Below are positions 52,032-64,000 of a stretch of 64,000 nt of DNA, in pieces. The stretch covers positions 17,982,001-18,046,000 of the forward strand of contig NC_087252.1 of the NCBI RefSeq assembly GCF_037042905.1, read 5' to 3'. Origin of the DNA: Lytechinus pictus (Eukaryota). The position numbers and the translations under genes are program-made. Under the pieces are notes generated by a model that was not told where the DNA came from, did no database searches, and worked only from the letters and a program-made list of their open reading frames with translations. Each line of letters starts with the position of its first letter. Positions within the stretch are counted from its first letter, which is position 1.

Positions 52032-52470
52032 TAGAACAAACAAATGTCTGTCGATTGCCTACCTTGGTGACATAACTTTGAGGTGCAAAAATTGAGGGAT
52101 AACCCCAAAAAATGATAGAAAGAGGATTTTAATTCAAAAAAGAATTCCTTGAAATAGTCATGAACAACCAGGCCAGGAAGTTACGAATATCAAAAGGTGA
52201 AAGTTTCACAGTGCTTGCTCCCAATGGCAGATGTTAAAAGGGGCACCGCAAGTTTTAGCTCTTGCCCCTGGCACTATTTCTTTCCGACATGTAGATTAAG
52301 TCACTGGTCCACCTTGTTTTTTTTATATGTGAAATCAATTACTATTCCACACATGAGTTCTGATGAATTTCAGTTTATTTGCAGAGAAGAACTTCGGTCA
52401 CTTCGACGCGGGCATTCGTCCTTCACATTTCCCGTCTCTCATCTCTCTATCTCTCTTTCATTAATTCTAG

Positions 52471-52652
52471 ATTGGCCCCATACATCAACTCTCTTCAAGC
52501 TCCAGTTTCTCTGGCGGGACAGGTGCCCAGTTCAGAAGGCCTTCACCTGTCTCGAAGTTCTGTCACCTCGGGATCAACGACCATCACCAACAGGGAAAGC
52601 CCCGGACAAAGAGGACATAACTATGATCATGTCCTTGCAGCTGCTATGCAAG
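52471..52652 (+). CDS. PR/SET zinc-finger gene 3, coding exon 2
   Basis: aattctag|A TTG GCC: RLAPYINS...YDHVLAAAMQ G|gtaaac. Confidence 0.85.
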
Positions 52653-52881
52653 GTAAACTTTTGGAAACCTGAAAAACAGGGGACAAAACTTATAAAATTT
52701 GAGATCCTCACATTAAAAGAGAAATTATATGTACCAGAAGTAATGCCTTCGCCCATGAACTGCACAATTTTAAAGTAAACATTGGATGTAAAATCTCAGG
52801 AAATCTTCAGATTTTACACATACATGTAATTAATGAGGAGTTGTACCTTACACTAGTCATTGATTCTGTTTGTATTATCAG

Positions 52882-53513
52882 TGGACAGCACATCACTTCA
52901 CTACCAGGCAGCTCTTTCCAGTGGTGCTGTACAACCCCAGCAGGTTCCAACAACACTGCCTGCCACTGTTGCAACCCCACCATCCCTGCAACCGCCATCA
53001 ACTCTCAACTCCTCACAAGATCCAAGCTACCTCATTGAAGACCTCTCCAACTCAACACGCAACAGTGTTGCTGCAACCCAAAGCACCATGCATGCCACAC
53101 CACCTCACTGCAACCCTGCTGTGAGCAATATAAATCCTGTCTCACCAACAACTCTCATCAGCAAGAAGAAGGGTCCTCCTCGAACAAGAACAAAGAGGGA
53201 CAGTCTTCCACAACCGATGGTTCAGATTGTTGAACCTCAGGTTCAGCACCACAGGCGTAAGGAATATGTCCCAAGTTTCACCAAGTACTGTCAAACAGAA
53301 CCTTTGTTTGACGAGATTTGGAAATCCGAAGGTGTGAGGGCAGAGCCATCGAGTCTTCCTTCGGGTCTGGCATTCATCCAATCGGTGGGCGAGGAGAATA
53401 AGATAAAGGGTGTGACTTCTCAAAAGGACTTGGAAGAAGGAGAAACGTTTGGGCCGTACACTGGAGAGTTTGTGAAAGAAGGTTTAGGCTGTTACAACCC
53501 ATCAACGTGGGAA
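52882..53513 (+). CDS. PR/SET zinc-finger gene 3, coding exon 3
   Basis: ttatcag|TG GAC; ...GETFGPYTGEFVKEGLGCYNPSTWE|gtaagt. Confidence 0.92.
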
Positions 53514-54284
53514 GTAAGTCCTAGATCATAAATGTGCAATTGACTCGTGTGTCAGCAGTAAATGTATTCTCCATTTTGCCCAGTACGTCTCTGTGTAAAT
53601 CAGTGCTCCATCATATGTATAGCCATACTGTTGTAAAGCTCTACACAGTATGTCACTTTATAGATGATAAGCAGCATTGGATTTGCAATACAACTTCTGT
53701 GACTTGCTATCTAAGTGACTGGTGCTCCCCTTTTTTTTATACGTGTCATGTTTGCAAACCTCTACAATTCGTGAAGATGAACTTTTAGATGAAAGTGCCC
53801 TTGGCAGCATCCTATGAAAATATGGGATACAAGAAGGATTGAGAGTGCCTGTCTCATGTGCATATCAACATCTTTTGCCATCAGTTCATCACAGCAATTC
53901 TATCACAATTTCCTTATTGAATAGCAAAGGTACAAAAACTGAGCCATGTGGTACCCCTTTCCATTTAGCAAATGGGGATGCTACTATGAAGCATGATTGT
54001 GAAGCTGTGATACTGCATTGTTTCATATGTAACACTGAAATCCAATCGCACAGCAACCTCCCTTGTACTGTTTTATTCTTGTTCAAATCTGTCTCTTTCA
54101 TTAGTCAGGTTTGTTATTCTGATAGTTTATTGGTCAGGTCGGTATATCGGAAGGATAGACTACTAGGTTGAGTCAGCCCAGCCTTTTGAGAAGTTGAGTT
54201 ACAGCCTTGCTCGGAAGTGCAGTATTGTAGATATCGGTTAGGTTATGCCATTTAGAGTCATTGCTCATATTCTTTTTCTCTCAG

Positions 54285-54534
54285 GTATGTGTACGAGGCA
54301 GAGCTTGGTTCTATCTTGACGGATCCATGGACCCTGATAATTGGATGCACCATGTCCAGTATGCCAGGAACACCAAGGAACTGAACATGGAAGCTTTTCA
54401 GTCCTATGGGGATATCTACTTCCGTATCACCAAACCTATCAAATCAGGAACAGAGCTTAGAGTCTTCTATAGTCCAGAGTACAGGAAGAGGGTTGGATTC
54501 CAGACCAGTCTGGATGAACTTCAGGTAGACCAAG
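54285..54534 (+). CDS. PR/SET zinc-finger gene 3, coding exon 4
   Basis: ttctctcag|VCVRGRAWFYLDG...ELRVFYSPEY...DQ G|gtaaaa. Confidence 0.95.
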
Positions 54535-55744
54535 GTAAAATCTGGCTGGATAAATGCCTCAATTAAGATTTCAGATTTTGGAGGAATAAAGCAATTTTCA
54601 TATCTCAATGATTTTATATCAACTTCCTTTCTGTATTCTTGTAAACATATGTTTGCATTAAACCGGTCTGAAATTCATGAAAGTTTCTATATTCAAAATC
54701 TTCATTTAATGGATGTTGCAGTATGAAATAGATGTTCTAATGACTACTGTCATTTAGGAAGGTGTAGGGAAGTGTATATTAATAATTCAGTTCTAGTCTG
54801 AAAATCTTTCCTCTTACACATGAAGTGAGTGACATGTCATATGTTCTTGTAGATTTGGGTATGCGAGCAATCCCATGAATATTTATGTCTGACCTACCTT
54901 GATGATCTTCCTCTAATGACTCATCTCAATTTGTTTCTTCTTTCTTGTTTCTGTATAATATTTGACAGTTATCATGGGTCATTTCTCATTGTACAACGCC
55001 TACTTAGCTCGTTGTACGCGAGCAAATGGGAGACTGAATGTCAAACATTTGTACCGTTGCACACACGACGTACCATCCAAAATGTACAGTCCAACATGTA
55101 CCGTTGCACGGCTTTAGGAGGTGATGACATAATGCGATTCAATTCATTGTGCTCAGTAAAAAATGAAGATGAAATATGCGTACATAGCCTGCTGGCTAAA
55201 TGCGCAATGCTGCACTAGGATAGGTCATGTGCTCTTGTGGGATTTGGCTTTTCGCTATCAATATTTTTGCTCCCTTTTCATAGATTACTGCAGGGAAAAA
55301 CTCTTGTTTTTGCATATTTTCGCTAGATTCCGAGGCGTTGTACAACACAAATAATAGCGAATATTCTTATTCTTGCAATGGTGCAAGATTTTGCATTCGG
55401 TGAAAGAAAGAAACACTCTATTCATCTTTCTTTTACCTCATGCGAAATCTTACGCCATCGCACTCATGCCTATTCGCTATTTGTATACTATTATTCGCAA
55501 GTTCATAAAATGAAGGATACATGGAGAAAAATGTTTGTCGTACATGCATGTACAAAGTGTTTGGTTCTTATATTGGATTGCATCTACACATGCACTCCTA
55601 CTTCTATGACAATACTCAGCAGGATCCATAAGTAAGGATGTAGCCCTAAGGTGATGTCCCGCTGACTAATTGTTTTTGTTCTGTTTTTATTTTTTTATCT
55701 GTTCATATTCGTCTATACTCTTTTTCTCTTTTTTCTGCAAACAG

Positions 55745-57159
55745 ATAACCAAATGTTCCAATGTCAAGATTGTAAGTGCCGTTACACCAACGCCAAGAGC
55801 CTCTCTAGACATCTCAAGTTTGAGCATGACAAGGAGAACTTACGGAATGTGGCCGACTTGAAGGTCAATGTTCAATCTCAAATCTTCACATCACCGAGGC
55901 TCGAGTTTATCACTTCCTTCCGCAAGAAGGAGGCAAGAACTGGGAATGCAGCAGCAGAGGAACCTGTTGCTGAGGACACACCAAAGAAAAACTTGACAGA
56001 AGAGAAGAGCAAGAAGTTCCTGCAAGTGAAGTATGTTCCTTTGAAAACCGGGAAACAGAGCACTGCTGGGGACAGTCGAGCTAACAGAAGTAAGAAAAGA
56101 GACCTTATGAAGAGATTCTCTTGTAAGAGATGCGGTAAGCTATTCCCATCGGAAGGACACCTCAGAGAACATTCAGCATTCCACCAAGAGACCAAAGACA
56201 TCAAACCAATCTGTGAGGTGTGTGGACTGGAGTGTAAGCACCAAAGGGCTCTCAAACAGCACATGCTATCTCATGATTCGTCATCATTCCAGTGTCAGAA
56301 GTGCCACAAGTTCTTCAAGCGGAAAGGATGTTATGTTTACCACCTTCGACACGACCATAAGATCTTTGTTGGGACTCGTTGGATGAGAGGAAGCATTGAG
56401 GATCAGATGACAAGGTATGTCGGACCTGAAGAGGAGACTGAGGAATCTCCTCAACCTTTCCATCCAGAACTCCCCAAGGACATGCTTGGAAAGCGAATAC
56501 TAATTACCAGCAAGAAACCAAAGGTCTTCAAATGTAAGTACTGTCCAAAGAAGTTTTCTGCCCACAACTTGGTGTACAAGCACGAAATGACTGTGCATAC
56601 GAACAGTGGTCGTTACAAGTGTGAGTTTTGTCCCCAGACGTTTATCGAAAAGACCAGGTTTATGGTGCACAGGCGAAAACACACATTGGATCGCCCCTTC
56701 AAGTGCGAGGAGTGCCCACGTTCCTTCTCTTCAGAGAGCGCCCTCAAGAACCACCTTCCAGAACACCGCGGTGAACGACCCTACCAGTGTGACATCTGTG
56801 GCAAGGGATTCCGAACACGGAAATACATGACAACACACAAGAGACGTGTTCACATGGCACCGACAGTATTCCTTAACTGTAGCTTCTGCGACAAGACATT
56901 CAAGCATAAGACAGCGCTGTCGCGACACGAGAAGTGCCACAAAGGAATCCGACCCCATGTTTGCCTGACGTGTGGACGTGCCTTTGGGACCAAGTGCTCA
57001 CTGCAGTCTCACATGCACATACATACCGGTGAGAAGCCATTCGAATGTCCAGTGTGTCAACAGAAATTTGCCCTAAGCCACCATCTGTCCACCCACATGA
57101 TTCGCCATGATCGCAAAGCTTTAGCTGCTCCTTCAGATAAAGACCCAGTTGATGTTTGA
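55745..57159 (+). CDS. PR/SET zinc-finger gene 3, coding exon 5 (11 C2H2 fingers); full protein about 878 aa
   Basis: gcaaacag|AT AAC CAA ATG. 11 C2H2 motifs, stop TGA. Summed exons are 2637 nt in frame. Confidence 0.97.
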
Positions 57160-58507
57160 GGAATGGATTAAACCTATCGAAATTAATCGTTAGGTTGTAA
57201 CAGGAAACTGATGAGATCTATGGGTCTGCAGTAAAAACTCAGTAAACTTCCCATTCTTCCTTGCAGGGCTGAGTTATTTTTAAAAATGTTCCATCCAGAT
57301 TCCAATTTCATAGTACCAGTTACAAACTGGTATTCCTATACTTATAGATGGATGTCAGAAATTTGAACACAATAAGAAAAGAAAGAATGGTCACTTCCTT
57401 GCATTGGTGGAACCAATCGAGTGACATTACCAAATTTGGGTCGTACTTGTTCAACCCATTCTGTACCTTAGACATTAATAACCCTGTTCCCGGGTTCTTA
57501 ATACCTAGAATGCAACATGATAAAACATAGTCTTTGAAAAGTTTGAATATATGCTGATGAGAACAAAAATCCACTGCTCTTTTCAACGTTCTTATCATAA
57601 TATTTTCAAGAAACAAATATGTTTATAGTATGCTTCCAAGCAATTCTAAATTGCTCCTAATAAAGATTGATTCGCCATCATTGTGATCAATATTTAAGCT
57701 TTTTTTCTGATTGTTTTATGAAAGGGTATACATGTATTCCAAATGCTGTCTTATTGCTCGGGGCATGTATATATGACAGAGCTCCTAGATGTTCAATTTC
57801 CTTTGAATTTTTTTTCTTTTCCCCTGAAAAATGTCACTTCACTCTGCTTCCAATCTCCATCGTAGGATAGTGAAGTATGAAAAAACAAAATTATGACAAC
57901 TGAAAACAGAAGTTGTTGCCTCATTGGAAATGTTCATTGTGAGCTATCAAATTCTTATGATATTTTAAAAGAATATAGGAGTATGGTTGCTCATCCAATG
58001 TCTACTTTTTACAAGTATATTGAAAATATTCTGAATAATGGCTGAAACTTTTGGGCCGATACACGCTTATCCATGTATTGTGCGTGTGACCTCCATAAGA
58101 ATTGACTAATTTATTATTTCATGACTCCATTGCTTTTCAGTGAAGTTCTTAGATCATTTATATAAACAGCCTTTCACAATAACTCCAATACACTTGCCTA
58201 TAAGTCAAACCAGAACAAAATTTTATCAACTGTGAATCTTGCCATGCCCCATTTGTGGCTCTTGTTATTTCATTTTTTAACTATGCATGAAACAATCCTG
58301 TGTTTCTTAGAGATTTACAGGGATATTGTATATAAACAATACGTATAATATTTTTGCTTTTGATTTAGAGCTTGAGAGAGAGAACATGGCATTTTTATAG
58401 GTAAATTGCTATAGTCTCTGAAAGCACTATTCTATTTGTATTTGTTTTTTTTTTTATAATATAGTTTTATGTCATATATTCATACAGAAATATCTTGATA
58501 TTCAAGG

Positions 58508-59614
58508 TTTTTGTCTCACCTGCATAGCAGAGTGAGACTATAGGCGCCGCTTTTCCGACGGCGGCGGCGGCGGCGTCAACACCAAATCTTAACCTGAGGT
58601 TAAGTTTTTGAAATGACAGCATAACTTAGAAAGTATATGGACCTAGTTCATGAAACTTGGCCATAAGGTTAATCAAGTATTACTGAACATCCTGCCTGAG
58701 TTTCATGTTACATGACCAAGGTCAAAGGTCATTTAGGGTCAATGAACTTAGACCATGTTGGGGGAATCAACATCAAAATCTTAACCTAAGGTTAAGTTTT
58801 TGAAATGTCATCATAACTTAGAAAATATATGGACCTAGTTCATGAAACTTATACATAAGGTTAATCAAGTATCACTGAACATCCTGCAAGAGTTTGACAT
58901 CACATGACCAAGGTCAAAGGTCATTTAGGGTCAATGAACTTTGGCCGAATTGGGGGTATCTGTTGAATTACCATCATAACTTTGAAAGTTTATGGATCTG
59001 ATTCATGAAACTTGGACATAATAGTAATCAAGTATTACTGAACATCCTGTGCAAGTTTCAGGTCACATGATCAAGGTCAAAGGTCATTTAGGGTCAATGA
59101 ACTTTGGCCAAATTGGGGTATTTGTTGAATTACAGCCATAAATTTGAAAGTGCGTTGGTCTAGTTCATAAAACTTGGATATAAGAGTAATCAAGTATCAC
59201 TGAACATCCTGTGCACATTTTAGGTCACATGACCAAGGTCAAAGGTCAATGAACTTTGGGCACAATGGGAGTATCTGTTGAATTACCATCATAACTTTGA
59301 AAGTTGATGGATCTGACTCTTGAAACTTGGATATAAGACTAATCAAGTATCACTGAACATCCTGTGCGAGTTTCAGGTCACATGATCAAGGTCAAAGGTC
59401 ATGTAAGGTCAAAGAACTTTGGCCACGTTGGGGGTTTTTGTTGAATTGCCATCATATCTCTATAAGTGTATTGGTCTAGTTCATAGCACGTGGAAATAAG
59501 AGTAACCAAGTATCACTGAACATCTTGTGCAAGTTATAGTAGTTTTCAAAATCAGCACTGCTGCTATATTGAATCGCGTGATCCAGGTGAGACGGCCAGA
59601 GGCATTCCACTTGT
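58508..59614. mobile_element. Non-autonomous Helentron-associated element (HINE; Tsp/pearl/DINE-1-like architecture) with about 5-6 internal 155-190-bp repeats
   Basis: T-rich flanks. 5' tttttgtctcacctg pairs with the subterminal caggtgagac near the 3' end. A (GGC)n microsatellite lies near the 5' end, followed by tandem core repeats. Confidence 0.8.
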
Positions 59615-62600
59615 TTTAGCTTGCCATTTATCCTATGACCAAATATTGAATTGATGTCATGTGGCATCACAATATGCTTAAAGCATTAATAACTCTGTTA
59701 TATTCCTTGACGCATTTTGCCAAACATTCATTTTTTTTCTTCCATTTGTTTATCCAATTTCATGCCAGGATTAATTTCACCTTTCAGTGTCATTTTATGC
59801 ATTGATGTTTCTATTATCACTTTATTGATAAGTGTTAATAGTTGCATACACAGGGCCAGTGCCAGGGGGGGTGAAGTTGCCCACTGACATCTCCCCCCTG
59901 TGATTTTTCGAGTAACTCACGGGGGGTGAAAAAATGAGAGGAGAAAAAGGAAGAAAGAAGGAAGACGAAACAAAAAAACAAAAAAAAGGAAAGGTTTATC
60001 CTTGGGTGGAATAACTCCGAAAATACTTTATAACATCATTGGTAAAAATGTGACATTTAGGTTGTCTTTTCACCTCCTGCCGCCCCCCCCCCCCCCCCCC
60101 ATCAAAATATCCTGTACTGCTCCTGTGTGTACAAACTTAGACATTTACCAACTCTCAAAGATATTTATGCAATATACATCTATCTCTATACCTTGCATTC
60201 TTCTTGCCGTTGTGATATGAAGGATTTTTTTTAATTGTAAAATCCTTTATATCAATTGATGAAGCATTGCTTAAAATGCTACAAAAATACCTATGAGTTG
60301 TTGATATGCCAAAAAGAAACCCAAATGTTGATGAAAATATAGATAAAACAGTAGGGCTATGGAATAGAAAATTTGTAGTATTATTTTTACCCTGTGGGAC
60401 TAGAAAATTGAACTTTTAACTACAACAGTTATTGTTTTGTGCCAAGACTAGTGAAATTATAGAGGATCATGTCGTATATTTAACTATATTGTATCTTATC
60501 TATAGCAATTTTTTTAGCATGTGTAATGTTCTAATAAGATCTTACATAACCTGTCAAAAAGCCAAATGATCATGTCTGTCCCGTTGCAGATGGACAGTAT
60601 TTGCATTGTATTTATAAATAAAGATGTCATCTTATATAATATGGTTAATAAAAAAAATAACCTGAAGCAAGTTGATTTTTTTTCCTAAATTGTTACTTTT
60701 TAAGCACACTCCAGGTAGAATTCAGGGGCCGATTGCACGACATGGCCTTGCAAAGGACCGTTTTCCACGTTGTTGATTTATTATGATGTGCCATATGAGA
60801 CACATTAAGAAATTATTTGCAAACCATGTTATCCACAAAAGTGGACAGAAACAATTCTTTAGAAAAATACTTACTTTGACATTATGTAATAGATTTGTAA
60901 AGAATTTAGAAAAGGCATCTTGCAAGCTGCAGCATAGTAAATCAGCAACACGAAAGACTGTCAATGCAAAGACCCTTTCATTGGGCACTGTGGCCCGTTT
61001 CATAAAGCTGTTCGTAAAGTTGCGCATGACTTTTCGCAAGACTGGTACATTTTCCTGGGTGACAAGTTGGTTACATTTGGTATGTCATTTACTACAAGGA
61101 AGGGTCACCAGTGGAGATTTACGTTCTGCATAACATACAAGCAGCTTTATGAAACTGCCTCAAGGTGTGTGTTTCACAATGCTGTTCGTAAGTTATGAGT
61201 TACTTAACAAACAACTGGTGACCCTTTCTTAGGAATTAAACCACCAGTGAATCATTGATGATTACCACAGGATAGGGTCACCAGTCGTTTGTAAAGTCAC
61301 ACGTAACTTACAAAAAGCTTTGTGAAACACCCAGGCCTGAATTAAGGTGGTTTTGAAAACTCACGGTTGAAACCATGGTTTATGCAGATTTCCTGTATAA
61401 ATTACGCTTAATTTAGCGCATCGGGCGAGTGTATAAAAAAATGTCCAATGCCGATCTGATGTGCGCTTTTGTCACAGTGCGCCAATTTGTTGCCTGTTAC
61501 CATGGTTAGATACGCTATTGTATTCATGAGTCTGCTGTTTGAAGAGTGGACTCATTAATTCAAAACAGTGGACTCATGAATAAAATAGCGTGGATAACCA
61601 CGGCAACAGGCGTCAATTTGGCGCTCTGTGACAAAAGCGCGCATCAGCATTGGACATTTTTTAATATACGCGGTAAAATAAGCGTAATTTATACATGAAA
61701 TCTGCATAAACCATAGACTCAACCGTGGGTTTTCAAAACCACCTTTGTGAATTCGGGCCCCAGTGTTTCAACACTAAGGCCCGTATTCTGAACTCAGGTT
61801 TGATTTACACTCTGATCTACAGGTTGTGGGTAAGCCTGAACAGCCAATAGAGAGGTTCAATACCATTGTCCTCACCATTAAAGCATGAATAAAGACTACA
61901 TTGAATGCAAGAAATACAAACAAAATTTAGGCATTTTGGCTTCGCATAATTTTAGCAGTCTTAGTTGAACTGGACTTCAGATTAGGGATCTACTTGTAAG
62001 ATTTCAATCACCAGCACTTTTCTGAAATGCTAGTCTGTGATATTCTTTCTTCATTATTCATGACGAGATAGTGAATTGAAATTTATTCCATTCTCATGTA
62101 TCCTTTCCTCCCAGTTCAATACTATTACAAATTGGTATTTATTTTAAGTGCACACATATGGCATCCATAAGGCTGCAATTTATCATGCTTACATGACATT
62201 CCTCAATATTACATTTTTTTGTCTGTGGAGAAAAAAAAATTGGGGGTATCCTTTTACTGCAGATTTAAAATTATTTCTGCTTGGGAAATGAGTTTTCATC
62301 TAGCAATCCATAACAATTTGGTATCTGTTGTTGCTATGTTAACAAATATTCCATCGACAGCGATTTCAGGGGAATCCCAGAAATTTTATACAACAAAAAA
62401 TGAAAGGTTGTCTCGGCACATAGAAGTGTAAAATTGTTTGCTCTTGTATTAAAGATGTGTTTCATTAGGGAATTTTAGCAATCACTTTCCAGACACTTTC
62501 TACAACACTGATAATCTTCGTCAAAAGCCCTTCATAGTAAAGCGGCCTTTGCCGGAAATCAGTGAATAATAACAGCAGTGTCGTCCTTGACTCTGGACAA

Positions 62601-62757
62601 CGAACATGTTTCAAATTTTTGGTCTGGTCCAAATCTTAAAACGATGTGCTGTTCCGGTCCACCAACTTTCGACAATGACCTCTAATTTGTCCATTGTGAT
62701 TTGACGGGCATTTTCAATAGACTCTCATAGTTCTAAAAAGCGTCTGCAAAGTGGATG

Positions 62758-62807
62758 CTAAAATATGCTCAAATCAGAATACCCCCTACGGCTATCAACT
62801 GTAGAAT
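62758..62807 (-). CDS. Possible terminal coding exon of a convergent minus-strand gene
   Basis: Strong acceptor cttattttctcgtcttcag on the minus strand followed by a short ORF (ILQLIAVGGILI* or xSTVDSRRGYSDLSIF*). No upstream exon was found in the window. Confidence 0.2.
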
Positions 62808-64000
62808 CTGAAGACGAGAAAATAAGCAGACTCACATATTTTTTACCTTCATCTAGATCATACATTTATTTGATAATCGTTGATGCAATATACAATATTA
62901 GCAGGACATAACATAAACACCTAAATTGATTTTTTTTTTACCTTCAAAGCAGAATTTAAACCTTAAGAGTTGATATATAATATACAAATTACTATGCACA
63001 TGTCATTGAAACAAAAATTAAAACCAACAAAACAATAAGAAAGTGATGAAATGCCTCATTTATTTCATTCTTCTATTTGAATTTCACTTATTCCATACCA
63101 ATATAGAAAAGCAAAGTTTTGATATATATACTGCGTCCTAGAATCAAGGAAAACCTCTTTCAGGGATAAATATCCCTATTTTCAAATATGTTCAGGTTTC
63201 AAATTTAACACTTGAGAAAATCTCTTCTTTCATTCAAGAAAAAATTCTGAGGATCCCTTATGGTAGGTTACGACCAATATAAACAGGTCTGACAACAATG
63301 AATCTGTGCTTGAATCTCCATTCCCTCATTAACATAATCAGTGAAAAAAACAACTAAGAACCAAAGAAACGTTATTGAGCCATCCCTCTCTAACTTAGAA
63401 CCCCTGTATAATACATAAATATAAATATTGACCAATTTTCTGCACAACTTGATACTGAAATCGTAATTCCAAACTCTCCAAAACCCACTGATGCGTAAGC
63501 TGTGTGTCAAATAAGGTATCAAAATAATGAATAAACAATGAACTTGACGATATTATACAGACATTACTAGTATATCAAACCATTTGCTTGTGCTGAGAAA
63601 ACTACCAAAGAACTTTGTCTCCTTTTTTGTAGGACGCATTGTACATAAATAGGTTCATGTTTATTTCATAGTGGCCTTGTTTACTAATGGTTTTTTCCTG
63701 TGAACAATTCCAGATCCAAGAGTCTCTATGGGTGATTCAGCAATACATGTAGCTTATAGAACAAAAAGATTTTTGGAATGTGGCACTGAATAAAGAACAT
63801 GATCTATATTTTGTCTTACACTAACAAATACATTAAAAAGGAATAGGGGCCTATTTCGTAAAACTTGTTTAATAAAATTGCATTAACAGCTTAAAGGTCC
63901 TATGAAATACAGCAAAGATGTTGATTTATTCGTTAGCTTAGTGGTTACTAATAACGATTCCATCAAAATTTTACCCGAAAAACATCCCACATCGGATTCA

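Noticed and set aside
18199..57159. Calling the genes PRDM9
   Set aside because: No KRAB/SSXRD is visible, the fingers within each gene are not a homogeneous 84-bp minisatellite, and one catalytic Tyr position is Phe. Orthology cannot be assigned without a phylogeny.

Overview
AT-rich, intron-containing animal genomic DNA. The repeat landscape (a Deu/Nin-domain SINE, a Helentron-type element, many MITEs) suggests an invertebrate deuterostome such as a sea urchin; this is inference. The main content is a head-to-tail tandem cluster of three paralogous + strand genes (CDS about 18199-23389, 31506-43579 and 51496-57159). Each has five coding exons with identical intron phases (2,1,0,1). Each encodes a Q/P/H-rich N-terminus, a PR/SET domain and 11 C2H2 zinc fingers (about 860, 841 and 878 aa). 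The paralogs differ strongly at zinc-finger DNA-contact residues, yet share near-identical nucleotide tracts that suggest gene conversion. The window starts inside a probable BEN-domain gene whose last coding exon is 862-974. In both the BEN gene and the PRDM genes, the intron after an exon carries a minisatellite built from that exon's own 3' end and splice donor. The rest is dense in non-autonomous DNA transposons (many palindromic or nested), SINEs and tandem repeats. Exon boundaries were read manually from GT/AG sites and frame compatibility, with no transcript evidence.
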